NCBI GenBank assembly: GCA_963664405.1
Contig: OY761158.1
Location: 3,456,001 to 3,520,000, forward strand
DNA from: Thermoanaerobaculia bacterium
Lineage (GTDB): Bacteria; Acidobacteriota; Thermoanaerobaculia; Multivoradales; Multivoraceae
DNA: 64,000 nucleotides
Direction of reading: 5' to 3'
Shown: piece after piece, positions 1 to 10,092 of the stretch
Position numbering within the stretch: position 1 is the stretch's first letter
Layout of the letters: every line of letters begins with the position of its first letter
Notes under the pieces: model-generated
Seen by the model: the letters and a program-made list of their open reading frames with translations, nothing else
The model's database searches: none
What the model was told of the DNA's origin: nothing
Made by a program: the position numbers and the translations under genes

Positions 1-1104
1 AGGGAACCGGGCCAGCCAGGACAGAACATCGAGTCGACTCTCGATCTCGATCTCCAGCAGGAGGCGGAGCGCTTCTTCCGCGACAAAGTCGGCAGCGCGA
101 TCGCAATGGATCCGCGAAACGGAGAAATCCTGGCGATGGTCTCTTCGCCCTCCTACAATCCGAACGCCTTCGCCCGCAGGCTGGATTCGAGCGAGTGGCG
201 CAGTATTCTGGCCGCTCCCCATCAACCCTTGCAGAACCGCGGGGCGCAGAATGCGTACCCGCCGGGATCAGTATTCAAGATCGTCATTGCGATTGGCGCC
301 CTCGAAGAGGGCATCGTCGACCCGACCGAGACGCGCTTTTGCGGAGGCTCGACGCGGATCTATAACCATCGCTTTCGCTGCTGGCGTCGGCAGGGCCACG
401 GCGCCGTGAACCTGGCTGAGGCTCTAAAGCAGTCTTGCGACGTCTTCTTCTACCATCTCGGCCCCCGACTCTCGATCGAGCGCATCGAAGAGTGGGCTAA
501 GCGGTTGGGCTTCGGTGCTTTGACCGGTATCGACCTCCAGGGCGAGCGGCCGGGGCTGGTACCGGGCCGGGAGTGGAGCTTGCGCCATCGCGGCACGATC
601 TGGTACCCCGGAGAGACCGTTTCGGTGTCGATTGGTCAGGGCCCTTTACTGGTGACGCCCCTTCAGATTGCGGTGATGATGAGTGCGGTCGCGAATGGAG
701 GAACGATCGTTCAGCCCCATCTTGTACGCGGGCTCGGACACGATGAATCGAAGCGCCTCGATTTGGACCCCGCAACGGTGGAATTGGTGCGAGACGCGCT
801 GGTCGCGGTGGTCAATGAAAGCGGCGGCACAGGAGCCTCGGCGCGAGTTGCCGGGCTCGAGGTCGCGGGGAAGACTGGAACCGCGCAGGTGATCAACCAG
901 CCGGTCGAGGTCGATTCTGACACGCTACCCTATTTGCAGCGCGATCACGCCTGGTTCGCGTCGTTCGCGCCGGCGGGTAGTGCCGAGCTTGTTGTGGTCG
1001 TTTTTGTCGAGCACGGTGGGCATGGAAGCACCGCTGCGGCTCCTTTGGCCCGGCTTCTTTATGAGAGACATTTCCGGTCGCTTTCCGACGATCTCGATAC
1101 CTGA
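1..1104 (+). CDS. mrdA: Penicillin-binding protein 2, 5'-truncated by the window edge
   Basis: Frame open from base 1; transpeptidase motifs SVFK (SxxK), SCD (SxN-like) and KTGTAQ; lies directly upstream of rodA. Confidence 0.93.
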   Translation, partial: REPGQPGQNIESTLDLDLQQEAERFFRDKVGSAIAMDPRNGEILAMVSSPSYNPNAFARRLDSSEWRSILAAPHQPLQNRGAQNAYPPGSVFKIVIAIGALEEGIVDPTETRFCGGSTRIYNHRFRCWRRQGHGAVNLAEALKQSCDVFFYHLGPRLSIERIEEWAKRLGFGALTGIDLQGERPGLVPGREWSLRHRGTIWYPGETVSVSIGQGPLLVTPLQIAVMMSAVANGGTIVQPHLVRGLGHDESKRLDLDPATVELVRDALVAVVNESGGTGASARVAGLEVAGKTGTAQVINQPVEVDSDTLPYLQRDHAWFASFAPAGSAELVVVVFVEHGGHGSTAAAPLARLLYERHFRSLSDDLDT

Positions 1105-2200
1105 GGAGCATCCGCTCCTCCGGCGCTTCGGGAGCCTGTCATGGGGACTCGTCTTCTGTGCCTTCGCGCTGTCGCTGGTGGGGCTAACGGTGGTTTGGAG
1201 TGCCAGCGCTGAGCTCGCGACGGATTACCTGACGCGCCAGACGTCTTGGGTCGGTCTCGGTTTGCTTGCCCTGATGTTCGGCTTCTCGCTCAATTATTCG
1301 ACCCTGTTACGCTTTGCCGTCGTTCTCTACGGCCTCGGCCTGGCAATGTTGGTTGCGATCCTGTTCTTTGGCCACGAGGCGGGTGGAGCGCGGAGCTGGG
1401 TCGGGTTTGCAGGCCTGGGCGGCCAGCCTGCTGATTTTGCAAAGCTGTCGACTGTGCTCCTTCTGGTGCGTTACCTGGGAGTTAGTGAGGGTCGCTATCT
1501 TCAGCAGAAAGAGGTGTTGGTGGCGGCCCTCATCGCCGCTTTGCCCGCCGCGCTCATCGTGCTGCAGCCCGATCTGGGAAGTGCGCTGATCTTGGTTCCC
1601 ACCGTCGCCACCATGGTCTGGCTGAGTGGGATTCGTCCGAAGATGGTGGCTATGATCGCCTTGGTCGTCTTGATCGCCGCCGCCGCCGCTTGGACCTTCG
1701 GACTCAGGGACTATCAACGAGATCGGCTGCTCACTTTCTTCTCACCGCAGAGCGACCCACTAGGCTCGGGCTATCAGCTGCAGCAGAGCAAGATCGCTGT
1801 CGGTTCCGGAGAGCTCCTCGGCCGGGGCTTTCTCCAGGGTACCCAGAGCCAACTTCGTTTCCTGCCCGCCCGCCACACGGACTTCGCCTTTGCCGTGCTG
1901 GCCGAGGAGCGAGGCTTTGTCGGGGTGGTCGCTGTCATGGGGCTCTATGGTTGGTTTCTCTGGAGTGGGTTGCGAGTGGCGGGCCGGGCGCGCGATCGCC
2001 AGGCGTTGCTGCTCGTCATGGGGCTCTTGGCGGTGCTCGTTTGCCATGTCTTGTACAACACGGCGATGATGATCGGATTGATGCCCATAACCGGAATTCC
2101 TTTACCCTTCATCAGCTATGGTGGCTCTTTCACCCTTTTCTGCTTCTTTGCCACCGGACTCATTCTCGGCGTCGACTTTCGCCGTTGGGTGAACCGCTAA
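1061..2200 (+). CDS. rodA: Rod shape-determining SEDS protein RodA (start uncertain)
   Basis: Multi-pass membrane protein with GARSW, LQPDLG, FLPARHTDF and GIPLPFISYGGS motifs. Confidence 0.93.
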   Translation: MRDISGRFPTISIPEEHPLLRRFGSLSWGLVFCAFALSLVGLTVVWSASAELATDYLTRQTSWVGLGLLALMFGFSLNYSTLLRFAVVLYGLGLAMLVAILFFGHEAGGARSWVGFAGLGGQPADFAKLSTVLLLVRYLGVSEGRYLQQKEVLVAALIAALPAALIVLQPDLGSALILVPTVATMVWLSGIRPKMVAMIALVVLIAAAAAWTFGLRDYQRDRLLTFFSPQSDPLGSGYQLQQSKIAVGSGELLGRGFLQGTQSQLRFLPARHTDFAFAVLAEERGFVGVVAVMGLYGWFLWSGLRVAGRARDRQALLLVMGLLAVLVCHVLYNTAMMIGLMPITGIPLPFISYGGSFTLFCFFATGLILGVDFRRWVNR

Positions 2201-3700
2201 ATGGCGATCAACAAGAGGATGTTGGTGGAGCGTGATCCGCATCAGACGCGGATCGCGGTCTTGGAGGACGACCGCCTGGCCGAGATCTTCCTGGAGAGTC
2301 ACCGCCACCGCGGCTTGGTTGGAAGTGTCTTCTTGGGACGCGTGATCCGAGTACTGCCGGGTATGCAGGCCGCATTCGTCGACCTCGGACTGAGTCGTGA
2401 CGCCTTTCTCTATGTGAGCGATGCTGCCGTGGGAGAGGACGACACGGCGGTCGAGTCGGGTGAAGCGTTGGAGACCGGCGATCTGCGGGTCGACGCCGAA
2501 CCGTCGATCGAGGATCTACTCAGAGTCGGACAGGAGATTTTGGTTCAGGTCAGAAAGGACTCGATCGCCAACAAAGGTGCGAGAGTCTCGGCGCAGATCA
2601 CGCTTCCAAGCCGCTACGCAGTGTTAGTTCCTCGCTCGAAGCAGCTCGGCATCTCGCGGCGCATCGAAGACGAGGCGGAGCGTGAGCGTCTGCTGGCCCT
2701 ACTCGAGGAGCTCAAACCGGAGGACGCCGGCCTGATCGCCCGCACCGAAGCCGAGGGAAGAGGGCGAGAAGAGCTGGCGCAGGACATCACTCAGCTGCTC
2801 AGCTCCTGGGAGGAGATTTCGGCCCGGGCCGAGAGCAGTGCGGCCCCTTGCCTCGTTCACGGCGACGTTAGCCTGATCTCGAGAGCGGTCCGGGATCTTT
2901 TCAATCAGGACTATTCAGCCCTGTGGGCGGATAGCGAGGAAGCCTACGAGGAGATCGCCGAGCTCCTGGCTCGTACCCAGCCCGAGCTGCTCGGTACCGT
3001 GAGGCTCGACCATCATGAGCTGGGTCTCTTCGAGCGCTTTGGAGTCGACAAGGAAATCGAGGCGGCACTGGAAAGCAAGGTCTGGCTCCGATCCGGGGGC
3101 TACCTCGTCATCAACCCAACCGAGGCGCTGGTAGCCATCGACGTCAACACCGGTCGATTCGTGGGCAAGGACAGCCTCGAGGACACCATTTTCCGCACCA
3201 ATTTGGAAGCCGTTCGTGAGATCGTGCGCCAGATCCGCCTTCGTGATCTCGGAGGGATTCTCGTTCTCGACCTCATCGACATGGAGGAGGAAGCGCACCG
3301 AGTAGAGGTCTTCGAGTTTCTCGAGGAAGAGCTGAAAAAGGATCGGTCGCGGACTCGAGTTCTCAACATCTCTGAATTTGGGCTGGTCGAGCTGACCCGC
3401 AAGCGGAGCCGGTCGAACCTCCGTTCGTTGCTCACCCGAGCTTGCCCCCATTGCAAGGGTAGCGGCACCATAAGGTCCGTGCGCACCGTGTGTCTGGACT
3501 TACGCCGAGAGGTCCTGAAACGACCTCGGCTCGCGCCAGACACCGAGCTACTGCTGAGGGTGCATCCGGAAGTCGCCGATGCACTGCACGGCGGAGAGAG
3601 CGCGATCCTCGAGGAGCTCGAAGGCCTACTCGAAGGCAGAGTGCTCGTGCGCGGCGACCCCGAACTCCATCATGAGCACTTCGACGTCTTCGAGCTCTGA
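2201..3700 (+). CDS. rng: Ribonuclease G (Rne/Rng family)
   Basis: LPGMQAAFVD S1 region, IDVNTGRF, RQIRLRDLGG and CPHCKG; 499 aa. Confidence 0.93.
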   Translation: MAINKRMLVERDPHQTRIAVLEDDRLAEIFLESHRHRGLVGSVFLGRVIRVLPGMQAAFVDLGLSRDAFLYVSDAAVGEDDTAVESGEALETGDLRVDAEPSIEDLLRVGQEILVQVRKDSIANKGARVSAQITLPSRYAVLVPRSKQLGISRRIEDEAERERLLALLEELKPEDAGLIARTEAEGRGREELAQDITQLLSSWEEISARAESSAAPCLVHGDVSLISRAVRDLFNQDYSALWADSEEAYEEIAELLARTQPELLGTVRLDHHELGLFERFGVDKEIEAALESKVWLRSGGYLVINPTEALVAIDVNTGRFVGKDSLEDTIFRTNLEAVREIVRQIRLRDLGGILVLDLIDMEEEAHRVEVFEFLEEELKKDRSRTRVLNISEFGLVELTRKRSRSNLRSLLTRACPHCKGSGTIRSVRTVCLDLRREVLKRPRLAPDTELLLRVHPEVADALHGGESAILEELEGLLEGRVLVRGDPELHHEHFDVFEL

Positions 3701-5903
3701 TCCGCCGGTCGAAGTGCTACCGATCGACACCGCGGAGTTTCGCGGTGAGCGGTCGGGCAATTTCGCTGTAGACGATCTACAGGATTTACTTCGACTCGTT
3801 GATCCCACGGTCGCGACGCGGACCATTCACTGGGGGAGGAACTACCTCTACGAGGCGCAGCTGGCGACTTCTGCCGGCATGGTTCCGGTGGTGGTGAAGG
3901 TGTTCACGAGCCGGGGGCTTCGAGAGAGCCTGTCTCGTCGCCGTAAGGGAAGCAAAGCACTGCGCAGCTGGCGTGCCTCGTTGGCAATGCTCGAGGCCGG
4001 CGTACCGGTGCCGGAACCCATCGCGCTGCTGGAGTCGATCGATCCCGATGGCCCCTCCTACTTCGTCAGCGCGCTGGTAGAGGGAGTTTTGGAGGCGCGA
4101 TACCTGTTCCGGGCGATGACTGCCCGCCGCGAAAGGGAGCTCTATCCCGACATTCGAGTCGATCTCTTCCTCGAAACTCTCGGCCGGCTCTTGCGCCGTC
4201 TTCACGAGGCCGACCTCTGGCATCGAGATGTCTCGGTCGGCAACATCCTGCTCCGCGAGGACGGGTCGATCGAGGGGGGCGGCCTCTTTCTCCTCGATTT
4301 AAACCGCACTCGAATCGGCACGGCTCTGAGTCGTAGCGAGAGGATGAGGGATCTGAGTCGTCTTCCGCTGGCCCGCCCCGAACACCGCCGCCAGCTGATG
4401 GAAGGCTATTTCGGCAGCTCCCCTGGCGGCCTTGACCGCGCCCTCTTCTTGCTCTACCACCACGGCTTCATCGCCAAGAACCGACTCAAGGAGCCCGTTA
4501 GAGGACTGCGCAAATGGCTGCGAGGCCTGCGCACTCGCTCAGCCCATGTCTACATCCCGGCCCCCGATGCCGGCACTCAAGGCCGCGACCGTGTTGCTTG
4601 GGATCCACTGTCGGACCAGCCGCATTTGCACGCCGGCCGAATGTCCAAGTTGCGAGTTCGTCTTGGTGACGGCGGTGTCCACCTTCGTGAGCTGGGGGTG
4701 CTGGTCCGGGGTCTGCCACCGATCCATCGTCGCTACCGAGAGCTGAAGGAAGGCTTGTACCGCTCACCGATTGCCTGGGGTGAGATGGGAGTCGGGATCC
4801 ATGGAGGGTCAGCGTCTCCACGCCAGCTCGTCGAAGAGCTCGAGGCGCTCGGCTCGCGCCATGTGTTGCTACGCCTTCATCTTTGGGAAGACCAACTGGC
4901 TCGCGACGAGGAATTGGCAAAGGAGCTGCATCGAAGAGGATTCGATGTCGCGCTTGCCGTGCCTCAGAATCGGCAGCTGGTGAAGGACTCCGAGCAGTGG
5001 AGATCCGGGTTGATGGAAGTAGCCGAGCGGTTCGCCGGCGTCGTAACCCACATTCAGGCCGGGCACGCCATCAATCGCAGTAAGTGGGGGATATGGAACC
5101 AGCGAGAGTACTCCCTTCTGATTGCGCAAGCTCGAGACGCCCTCTCATCGATGCCCGGTGTCAAACTGATGGGTCCCGCGGTGATCGATTTCGAGTTTCA
5201 CCAAACCTTAGTGGCGCTCAATTGGCCTGAGAGGGAGGCTCCGCTCGATGTGGTGAGCAGCCTCCTGTATGTCGATCGGCGCGGTGCCCCGGAAAGGGGT
5301 CAGGCCGGTCTGGACACGGTGGACAAAGTGGTTCTGCTCCGGGCTCTGATCCAAGTGTCTCGCGAGGGCGAGCGTCCCTCCTGGATCACCGAAGTGAACT
5401 GGCCTCTGAGAGAGGGACCTCACTCCCCCGCAGGCCGACATGTCGCCGTGGACGAGGAGAGGCAAGCGGACTATCTTGTTCGCTTCTACCTGCTTGCCTT
5501 GGGGACGGGCCTGGTGGAGAGGATCTACTGGTGGCAGCTGGTGGCTCGTGGATACGGCTTGGCGCATGGTGGCGGTGACCTCTTGAAGCGGCGTCCGGCC
5601 TTTGCCGCTCTCAGCTTCATGCACGAAGTGCTCGAGGGTAGCCGCTTTCTCGGACCGCTACCGTCGCCGCTGCCGGTCCGTCTCTATTCTTTCGGGAGTC
5701 GAGACGGCGTCGCCTGGGTAGTAGCGTGGCGGGAGAGTGACGATCAGGGAAACTGGCGTCCCCCGGTGGCGCCTCTCCGCGTCCTTGGTCGCGATGGCGA
5801 TGAGATCGCTGCCACCGGTACCAGCGAGCTGACCTTAAGTGGCTCGCCCACCTATCTAGAGCTCGAGGATCAGGACTGGGAGGCGTGGAGCAGTCCCCGT
5901 TGA
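3672..5903 (+). CDS. Fusion of a Kdo/WaaP/InaA-like LPS kinase domain and a clan GH-A-like glycoside hydrolase barrel
   Basis: N-terminal VVVK, HRDVSVGNILL and LLDLNR kinase motifs; C-terminal WITEVNW and RIYWWQL GH-A-like motifs; ATG at 3672 overlaps the end of rng. Confidence 0.72.
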   Translation: MSTSTSSSSDPPVEVLPIDTAEFRGERSGNFAVDDLQDLLRLVDPTVATRTIHWGRNYLYEAQLATSAGMVPVVVKVFTSRGLRESLSRRRKGSKALRSWRASLAMLEAGVPVPEPIALLESIDPDGPSYFVSALVEGVLEARYLFRAMTARRERELYPDIRVDLFLETLGRLLRRLHEADLWHRDVSVGNILLREDGSIEGGGLFLLDLNRTRIGTALSRSERMRDLSRLPLARPEHRRQLMEGYFGSSPGGLDRALFLLYHHGFIAKNRLKEPVRGLRKWLRGLRTRSAHVYIPAPDAGTQGRDRVAWDPLSDQPHLHAGRMSKLRVRLGDGGVHLRELGVLVRGLPPIHRRYRELKEGLYRSPIAWGEMGVGIHGGSASPRQLVEELEALGSRHVLLRLHLWEDQLARDEELAKELHRRGFDVALAVPQNRQLVKDSEQWRSGLMEVAERFAGVVTHIQAGHAINRSKWGIWNQREYSLLIAQARDALSSMPGVKLMGPAVIDFEFHQTLVALNWPEREAPLDVVSSLLYVDRRGAPERGQAGLDTVDKVVLLRALIQVSREGERPSWITEVNWPLREGPHSPAGRHVAVDEERQADYLVRFYLLALGTGLVERIYWWQLVARGYGLAHGGGDLLKRRPAFAALSFMHEVLEGSRFLGPLPSPLPVRLYSFGSRDGVAWVVAWRESDDQGNWRPPVAPLRVLGRDGDEIAATGTSELTLSGSPTYLELEDQDWEAWSSPR

Positions 5904-5907
5904 GGGG

Positions 5908-6216
5908 TCAGTCTAGATCGAAGGGGCGGAGCGGCGGCGCGTCGTCGTCGAGCTTTTCAGCTTCCTCCATCGCGGCGCGGAACTTCTCCTCGAGCAGTCG
6001 ATCTCGGTCCTTCATCGCCGCCTTTTCGCGCTCGAAGATCTCTTCGGCTCTCGATTTTTCTGCGTCAAGTCCCTCGAGAAGGGCTTCGAAGGACTTGCCC
6101 TCGGCGATGGCTTGCTTTATGGGCTTGTGGTGGATTACCTCGCCGGTCTCGGCGTCGATCACGAGATCCGCGGAGCACTCTGGGCAGGAGATGCGGTGGG
6201 TGCGATTCGCGGACAC
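5908..6216 (-). CDS. Small hypothetical protein with an N-terminal CPEC motif and a charged helical C-terminus
   Basis: ISCPECSADLVID motif; GTG start at 6216 inferred. Confidence 0.7.
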   Translation of the reverse strand: MSANRTHRISCPECSADLVIDAETGEVIHHKPIKQAIAEGKSFEALLEGLDAEKSRAEEIFEREKAAMKDRDRLLEEKFRAAMEEAEKLDDDAPPLRPFDLD

Positions 6217-6341
6217 GATGAAGATCCTATCGCAGCGCCGGAGCGCCGCACGGCTGCTCAGACCCACTACACTATGCCCTAGCTCGAGCGGCTCGCAGAG
6301 CAAGAGCGTTTTGCGCAAGCGATTGGGGACGGAGTGAGACG

Positions 6342-7139
6342 TTGACGATTGCAGGAAGAATCTTCAAACGGCGTGGGCTACTGGCGGTAATGACCATCAG
6401 GGAGCTCAAGGCGCGGTATCGCGGTTCTGCTCTAGGCTTTCTCTGGTCGTTGGTGAATCCTCTGCTCTTGCTCGGTGTCTACTCGTTTGTTTTCAGCCTG
6501 GTTTTTCAGCCCCGAGTGGAGGGAGCGAATCCTTATCCCCTGTTTCTCGTCACCGGTCTCTTTCCTTGGTTCTGGCTCTCCTCGTCGATTGCTGAGGGTA
6601 CGTCTTCTCTGATCAGCAATGCCAGCTTGATCCGGCGCTCGGTCTTTCCCACCGAGCTACTCCCCCTGGTTCCCGTGCTTTCGAACCTTGTCAACTTCGC
6701 ATTCTCTCTTCCCATCGTCGTGCTCGGCTTGATTCTCGGCCAATTCGCCGGTCACTCCGTCGGCGGACCCGGATTCGCGGCCCTCGTCCTGGTCGTTCTT
6801 GTCCAGCTGCCGATGTTGGCGGGTTTGTGTCTGGGCCTCGGCGCACTGGCGGTCCACTTCAAGGACGTGAGAGACATTGTCGCCAACGTACTGACTGTGT
6901 GCTTTTTCATGACTCCGATTCTGTACTCTCTCGACGGGGTGCCTCATCGCTCTCTTCGTGTATTGATCCAGCTCAATCCGTTTACCCCTTTCGTTCTTGC
7001 CTATCAGGAGACGCTCTTCCGCGGTGTTGTTCCGGGGCTGGCTCTTTGGGGAGAGATGATTCTTGCGTCAGTCTTCTTTTGGTTGCTCGGAGCCTGGCTC
7101 TTCGACCGGCTCAGTGAGACGTTGATCGAGGCCGTGTAG
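6342..7139 (+). CDS. wzm: Polysaccharide ABC exporter permease (Wzm/ABC-2)
   Basis: RELKARYRGSALGFLWSLVNP and FFMTPILY motifs; about six hydrophobic segments. Confidence 0.9.
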   Translation: MTIAGRIFKRRGLLAVMTIRELKARYRGSALGFLWSLVNPLLLLGVYSFVFSLVFQPRVEGANPYPLFLVTGLFPWFWLSSSIAEGTSSLISNASLIRRSVFPTELLPLVPVLSNLVNFAFSLPIVVLGLILGQFAGHSVGGPGFAALVLVVLVQLPMLAGLCLGLGALAVHFKDVRDIVANVLTVCFFMTPILYSLDGVPHRSLRVLIQLNPFTPFVLAYQETLFRGVVPGLALWGEMILASVFFWLLGAWLFDRLSETLIEAV

Positions 7140-7161
7140 TCGTGACAGTCGGAGACCGATC

Positions 7162-8466
7162 GTGACAGACACCGCGGTACGTGTGGCCGGGGTTCACAAG
7201 AGTTTTCGCCGAGTTGCCTCGGGGTATGCCTTTCGTACTCTCAAAAGTGCATTGGTCAGCCGTAGCTTGGTGCAGGATCTCCGTCCCGAGGAGGCAATCC
7301 GCGCCTTGGAGGGAATCAGCTTCGAGGTGACGAAAGGGGAGGCCGTTGCGCTGATCGGGAGCAATGGATCGGGAAAGTCTACCCTTCTCAAGATCATTGC
7401 TGGGCTGCTTCGGCCGACCGTTGGAACGATCGAGCTGAGCGGACGGGTGGCGGCCCTGATCGAGCTCGGGGCGGGCTTTCATCCCGAGATTTCCGGCCGG
7501 GAGAATGTCTTCATCAACGGTGCGGTCCTGGGGCTCGATCGTCGCGAGATCGAGGCTCGCTACGATGAGATTGTGAGCTTCGCGGGCCTCCACGACTTCA
7601 TGGAGGAGCCGGTGAAGAACTATTCATCCGGCATGTACGTCCGGCTCGGCTTCTCGGTCGCGATCCATACTGATCCGGAGATTCTGTTAGTGGACGAGGT
7701 GCTTGCCGTCGGTGACGAAGCCTTCTCTCACCGCTGTCTGCGCAAGATAGAGGAGTTTCTCGGTCGCGGCAGGACCCTGTTGTTGGTGAGTCATGACCTC
7801 GGCCTGGTGGAAGAGCTCTGCGATCGTGCGATATGGCTTGATGGCGGCACACTACGGGCGTCGGGCCCTCCCCGACAAGTGATCGATGGCTATCGGGAGG
7901 CGGTTGCCGATGCCGAAGCCCAAGAGCATCTAGATGCGAAAGGCGCCGAGGACGACCCGGTACGGGAGTCGGCGGAGGATCTCTCGAGCGCCGGGGAGGG
8001 GGCGCTTCGTTGGGGCTCTGGCGTAGCCGAGATTACGAGCGCCCGGTTGCTCGACGCCACGGGGAGCGAGACCTATCATCTGAGGAGCGGCTCGGCGGCG
8101 AGCTTCGAGGCGAAAGTGACAGCCCTAGAGCCCCTCGACGACCTGGTGTTCGGGATTGGCATCTTTACCCCTCGGGGTACCGAGTGCTGGGGTACGAACA
8201 CCGACCTCGGGGGCATCGTGCTCAGTACCCGTAGCGGCTCGTCCACTATTACTGTCGATTGCCCCGATCTTCGATTGGCGCCTGGCGAGTATTTCGTGGA
8301 CCTGGCAGTTCATGCCCGCGATGGTGCGCCATACGACTATCGGCGCAGAGTGTTCGCCTTCTCCGTGACCGCCAGTGACCGTGGGGTCGGACTCTACTTT
8401 CCGCGCCACGAATGGCGCTTTTCCGCTGAGCTGCGCTCAGGGCAGCGAGGAGCCGAAGAGGAGTGA
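7162..8466 (+). CDS. wzt: Polysaccharide ABC exporter ATPase with a C-terminal Wzt_C carbohydrate-binding domain
   Basis: GSNGSGKST, YSSGMYVRLGF and DEVLAVGD motifs; extra C-terminal domain (RWGSG...LAPGEY). Confidence 0.9.
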   Translation: MTDTAVRVAGVHKSFRRVASGYAFRTLKSALVSRSLVQDLRPEEAIRALEGISFEVTKGEAVALIGSNGSGKSTLLKIIAGLLRPTVGTIELSGRVAALIELGAGFHPEISGRENVFINGAVLGLDRREIEARYDEIVSFAGLHDFMEEPVKNYSSGMYVRLGFSVAIHTDPEILLVDEVLAVGDEAFSHRCLRKIEEFLGRGRTLLLVSHDLGLVEELCDRAIWLDGGTLRASGPPRQVIDGYREAVADAEAQEHLDAKGAEDDPVRESAEDLSSAGEGALRWGSGVAEITSARLLDATGSETYHLRSGSAASFEAKVTALEPLDDLVFGIGIFTPRGTECWGTNTDLGGIVLSTRSGSSTITVDCPDLRLAPGEYFVDLAVHARDGAPYDYRRRVFAFSVTASDRGVGLYFPRHEWRFSAELRSGQRGAEEE

Positions 8467-8467
8467 G

Positions 8468-8752
8468 ATGACAGAAGCCCAGAAGGGAGCTATCAATATC
8501 AAGATCGGTGACGACGAGCAGAAGGGGCGCTATTGCAACCTGCTGCGGATTGCTCATACCCGTGAGGAATTCATCTTGGACTTCATCAACCTGGTTCCGC
8601 CGCAGGGGGTGGTGACCGCGCGAATCCTCACCTCGCCCGGGCATATGAAGCGGATCATCGGCGCACTTCAGTCGAACCTGCAGCGTTATGAAGAGGCCTA
8701 TGGAGAGATTCAAGCAGCGCCCGAGCCTACGGCGGACGGTGCCGTCAATTGA
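8468..8752 (+). CDS. DUF3467-like small protein
   Basis: GRYCN, HTREEFILDF and RILTSPGHMKR...L..NLQRYE pattern. Confidence 0.75.
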   Translation: MTEAQKGAINIKIGDDEQKGRYCNLLRIAHTREEFILDFINLVPPQGVVTARILTSPGHMKRIIGALQSNLQRYEEAYGEIQAAPEPTADGAVN

Positions 8753-8833
8753 ATTGCGTGCCGTGTTGGTGCTGACGATATACTCGAGGGGTCGTTGCTG
8801 GCCGGCTGCGGACAACGCCCGAAGGAGCTTGAG

Positions 8834-9726
8834 TTGACCGTAGCTGGTTCGACCGAAAAGGCTTATACGCAGACCGAATGGGATCTGTCCCAGCTTTTCT
8901 CCGGCACCGATGATCCGCAAATTGACGAGGCGCTAGGGTCGCTCGAAGAAAGCGTATCCGAGCTGGAGTCTCGGCGTGACGCGTTGGACCAGGCGAGCGG
9001 GGGCGAGCTTCGAGACACGCTACAGCTCTACGAGCGGATCATCGAGAAGATGACCGTCCTCGGTGCTTTTGCCGGTCTCCGCTTCTCGGCCGACACTCAA
9101 GATGGCGAGGCGCTCAGCCTGCGCAACCGCGTCGAGCACGAGCTCACGGCCTTCGAGAACCGCGTCCTCTTCCTCCCGCTTTGGTGGAAGGCTCTTTCGG
9201 AGAGCAGAGCGAAGAAGTTGAGCGAGGGTGCCGACCTCGATCATGACCTCAGCTTCTATCTCGAGCACCAGCGTCGTCTGCGTCAGTACTCTGTCGACGA
9301 GGCGGCTGAGCAGCTCATCAATACCAAGGACGCGGACGGTGTAGGCGGCCTGCTCACCCTTCATTCGATGCTGACCAACCGACTCAGCTTCACGCTGCGG
9401 GTGGACGGCGAAGCCAAGGAGCTCACCCGAGACGAGCTCATGGTCCATGTCGCCTCTCCTAGAGCAGACCTGCGGCAGCAGTCTTATCAGGAACTGGGAC
9501 GAGTTCTCGAGCGAGAGGCACAGGTCCTGTCGCAGATCTACTCTCACCGAGTGCGCGACTGGCACAACGAGAATGTGAACCTGCGCGGCTATGCCTCTCC
9601 TCTTGCTGTAAGAAACGTTGCCAACGATGTGCCCGACGCGGCGGTGACGGCTCTGCTGGAGACTGCGGAGCGCAACACCGGAGTGTTTCATCGCTATTTC
9701 CGACTCAAGGCCTCCTGGCTAGGTAG
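8834..9726 (+). pseudogene. pepF: Oligoendopeptidase F (M3B family), 5' part, interrupted by IS21-like element 1
   Basis: WDLSQLF N-terminus; AAGGAG ribosome-binding site before TTG 8834; joins in frame to 13058 after removing the IS and one GGTAG copy (about 599 aa restored). Confidence 0.88.
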
Positions 9727-9738
9727 TGTTATCGGCGG

Positions 9739-10092
9739 TCATAAAGTGCGGGATTCCGGCTGTGTAGTGGCGCTTTTGGTTTCATCCTCCTCGAGAAGGG
9801 ACCGGTGCCGAAGGAGGATGTAGCGGACGTATTGAGGGTCGAGCTCGTCGTTGGTCAGGGCTCGATGTACGGAGCGGTAGTAGGCAAGTGAGTGAATCTG
9901 CGGCAGCGGATCGGTGCTGAGGCGCCGTCGCAAGGTGGCGAGTCGAATGGCATGGGCAAGCTCTTCGAGGGGGACGTTGGCTTGATAGAGCTTGTCGGCG
10001 ATGGCCCAGTCTCGGCGCCGAGGTCTAGGCGGGGTTTTAGGAGCGTCGAGGTAGAGGCGGATGAGCTCGGCGCGATACTCCTGTCGGATCAC
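9739..10092 (-). CDS. IS-encoded accessory ORF4 (117 aa), homologous to 46639-46995
   Basis: GTG start overlaps the istB TGA; shares RLY..P.TP, LP.I.SLAY and Y..Y motifs with the element 2 ORF; stop codon lies inside the terminal repeat. Confidence 0.75.
   Translation of the reverse strand: MIRQEYRAELIRLYLDAPKTPPRPRRRDWAIADKLYQANVPLEELAHAIRLATLRRRLSTDPLPQIHSLAYYRSVHRALTNDELDPQYVRYILLRHRSLLEEDETKSATTQPESRTL

Noticed and set aside
3579-3671. Longer start for the kinase-GH fusion
   Set aside because: It would overlap rng by 122 bp with unremarkable sequence; ATG 3672 is more plausible
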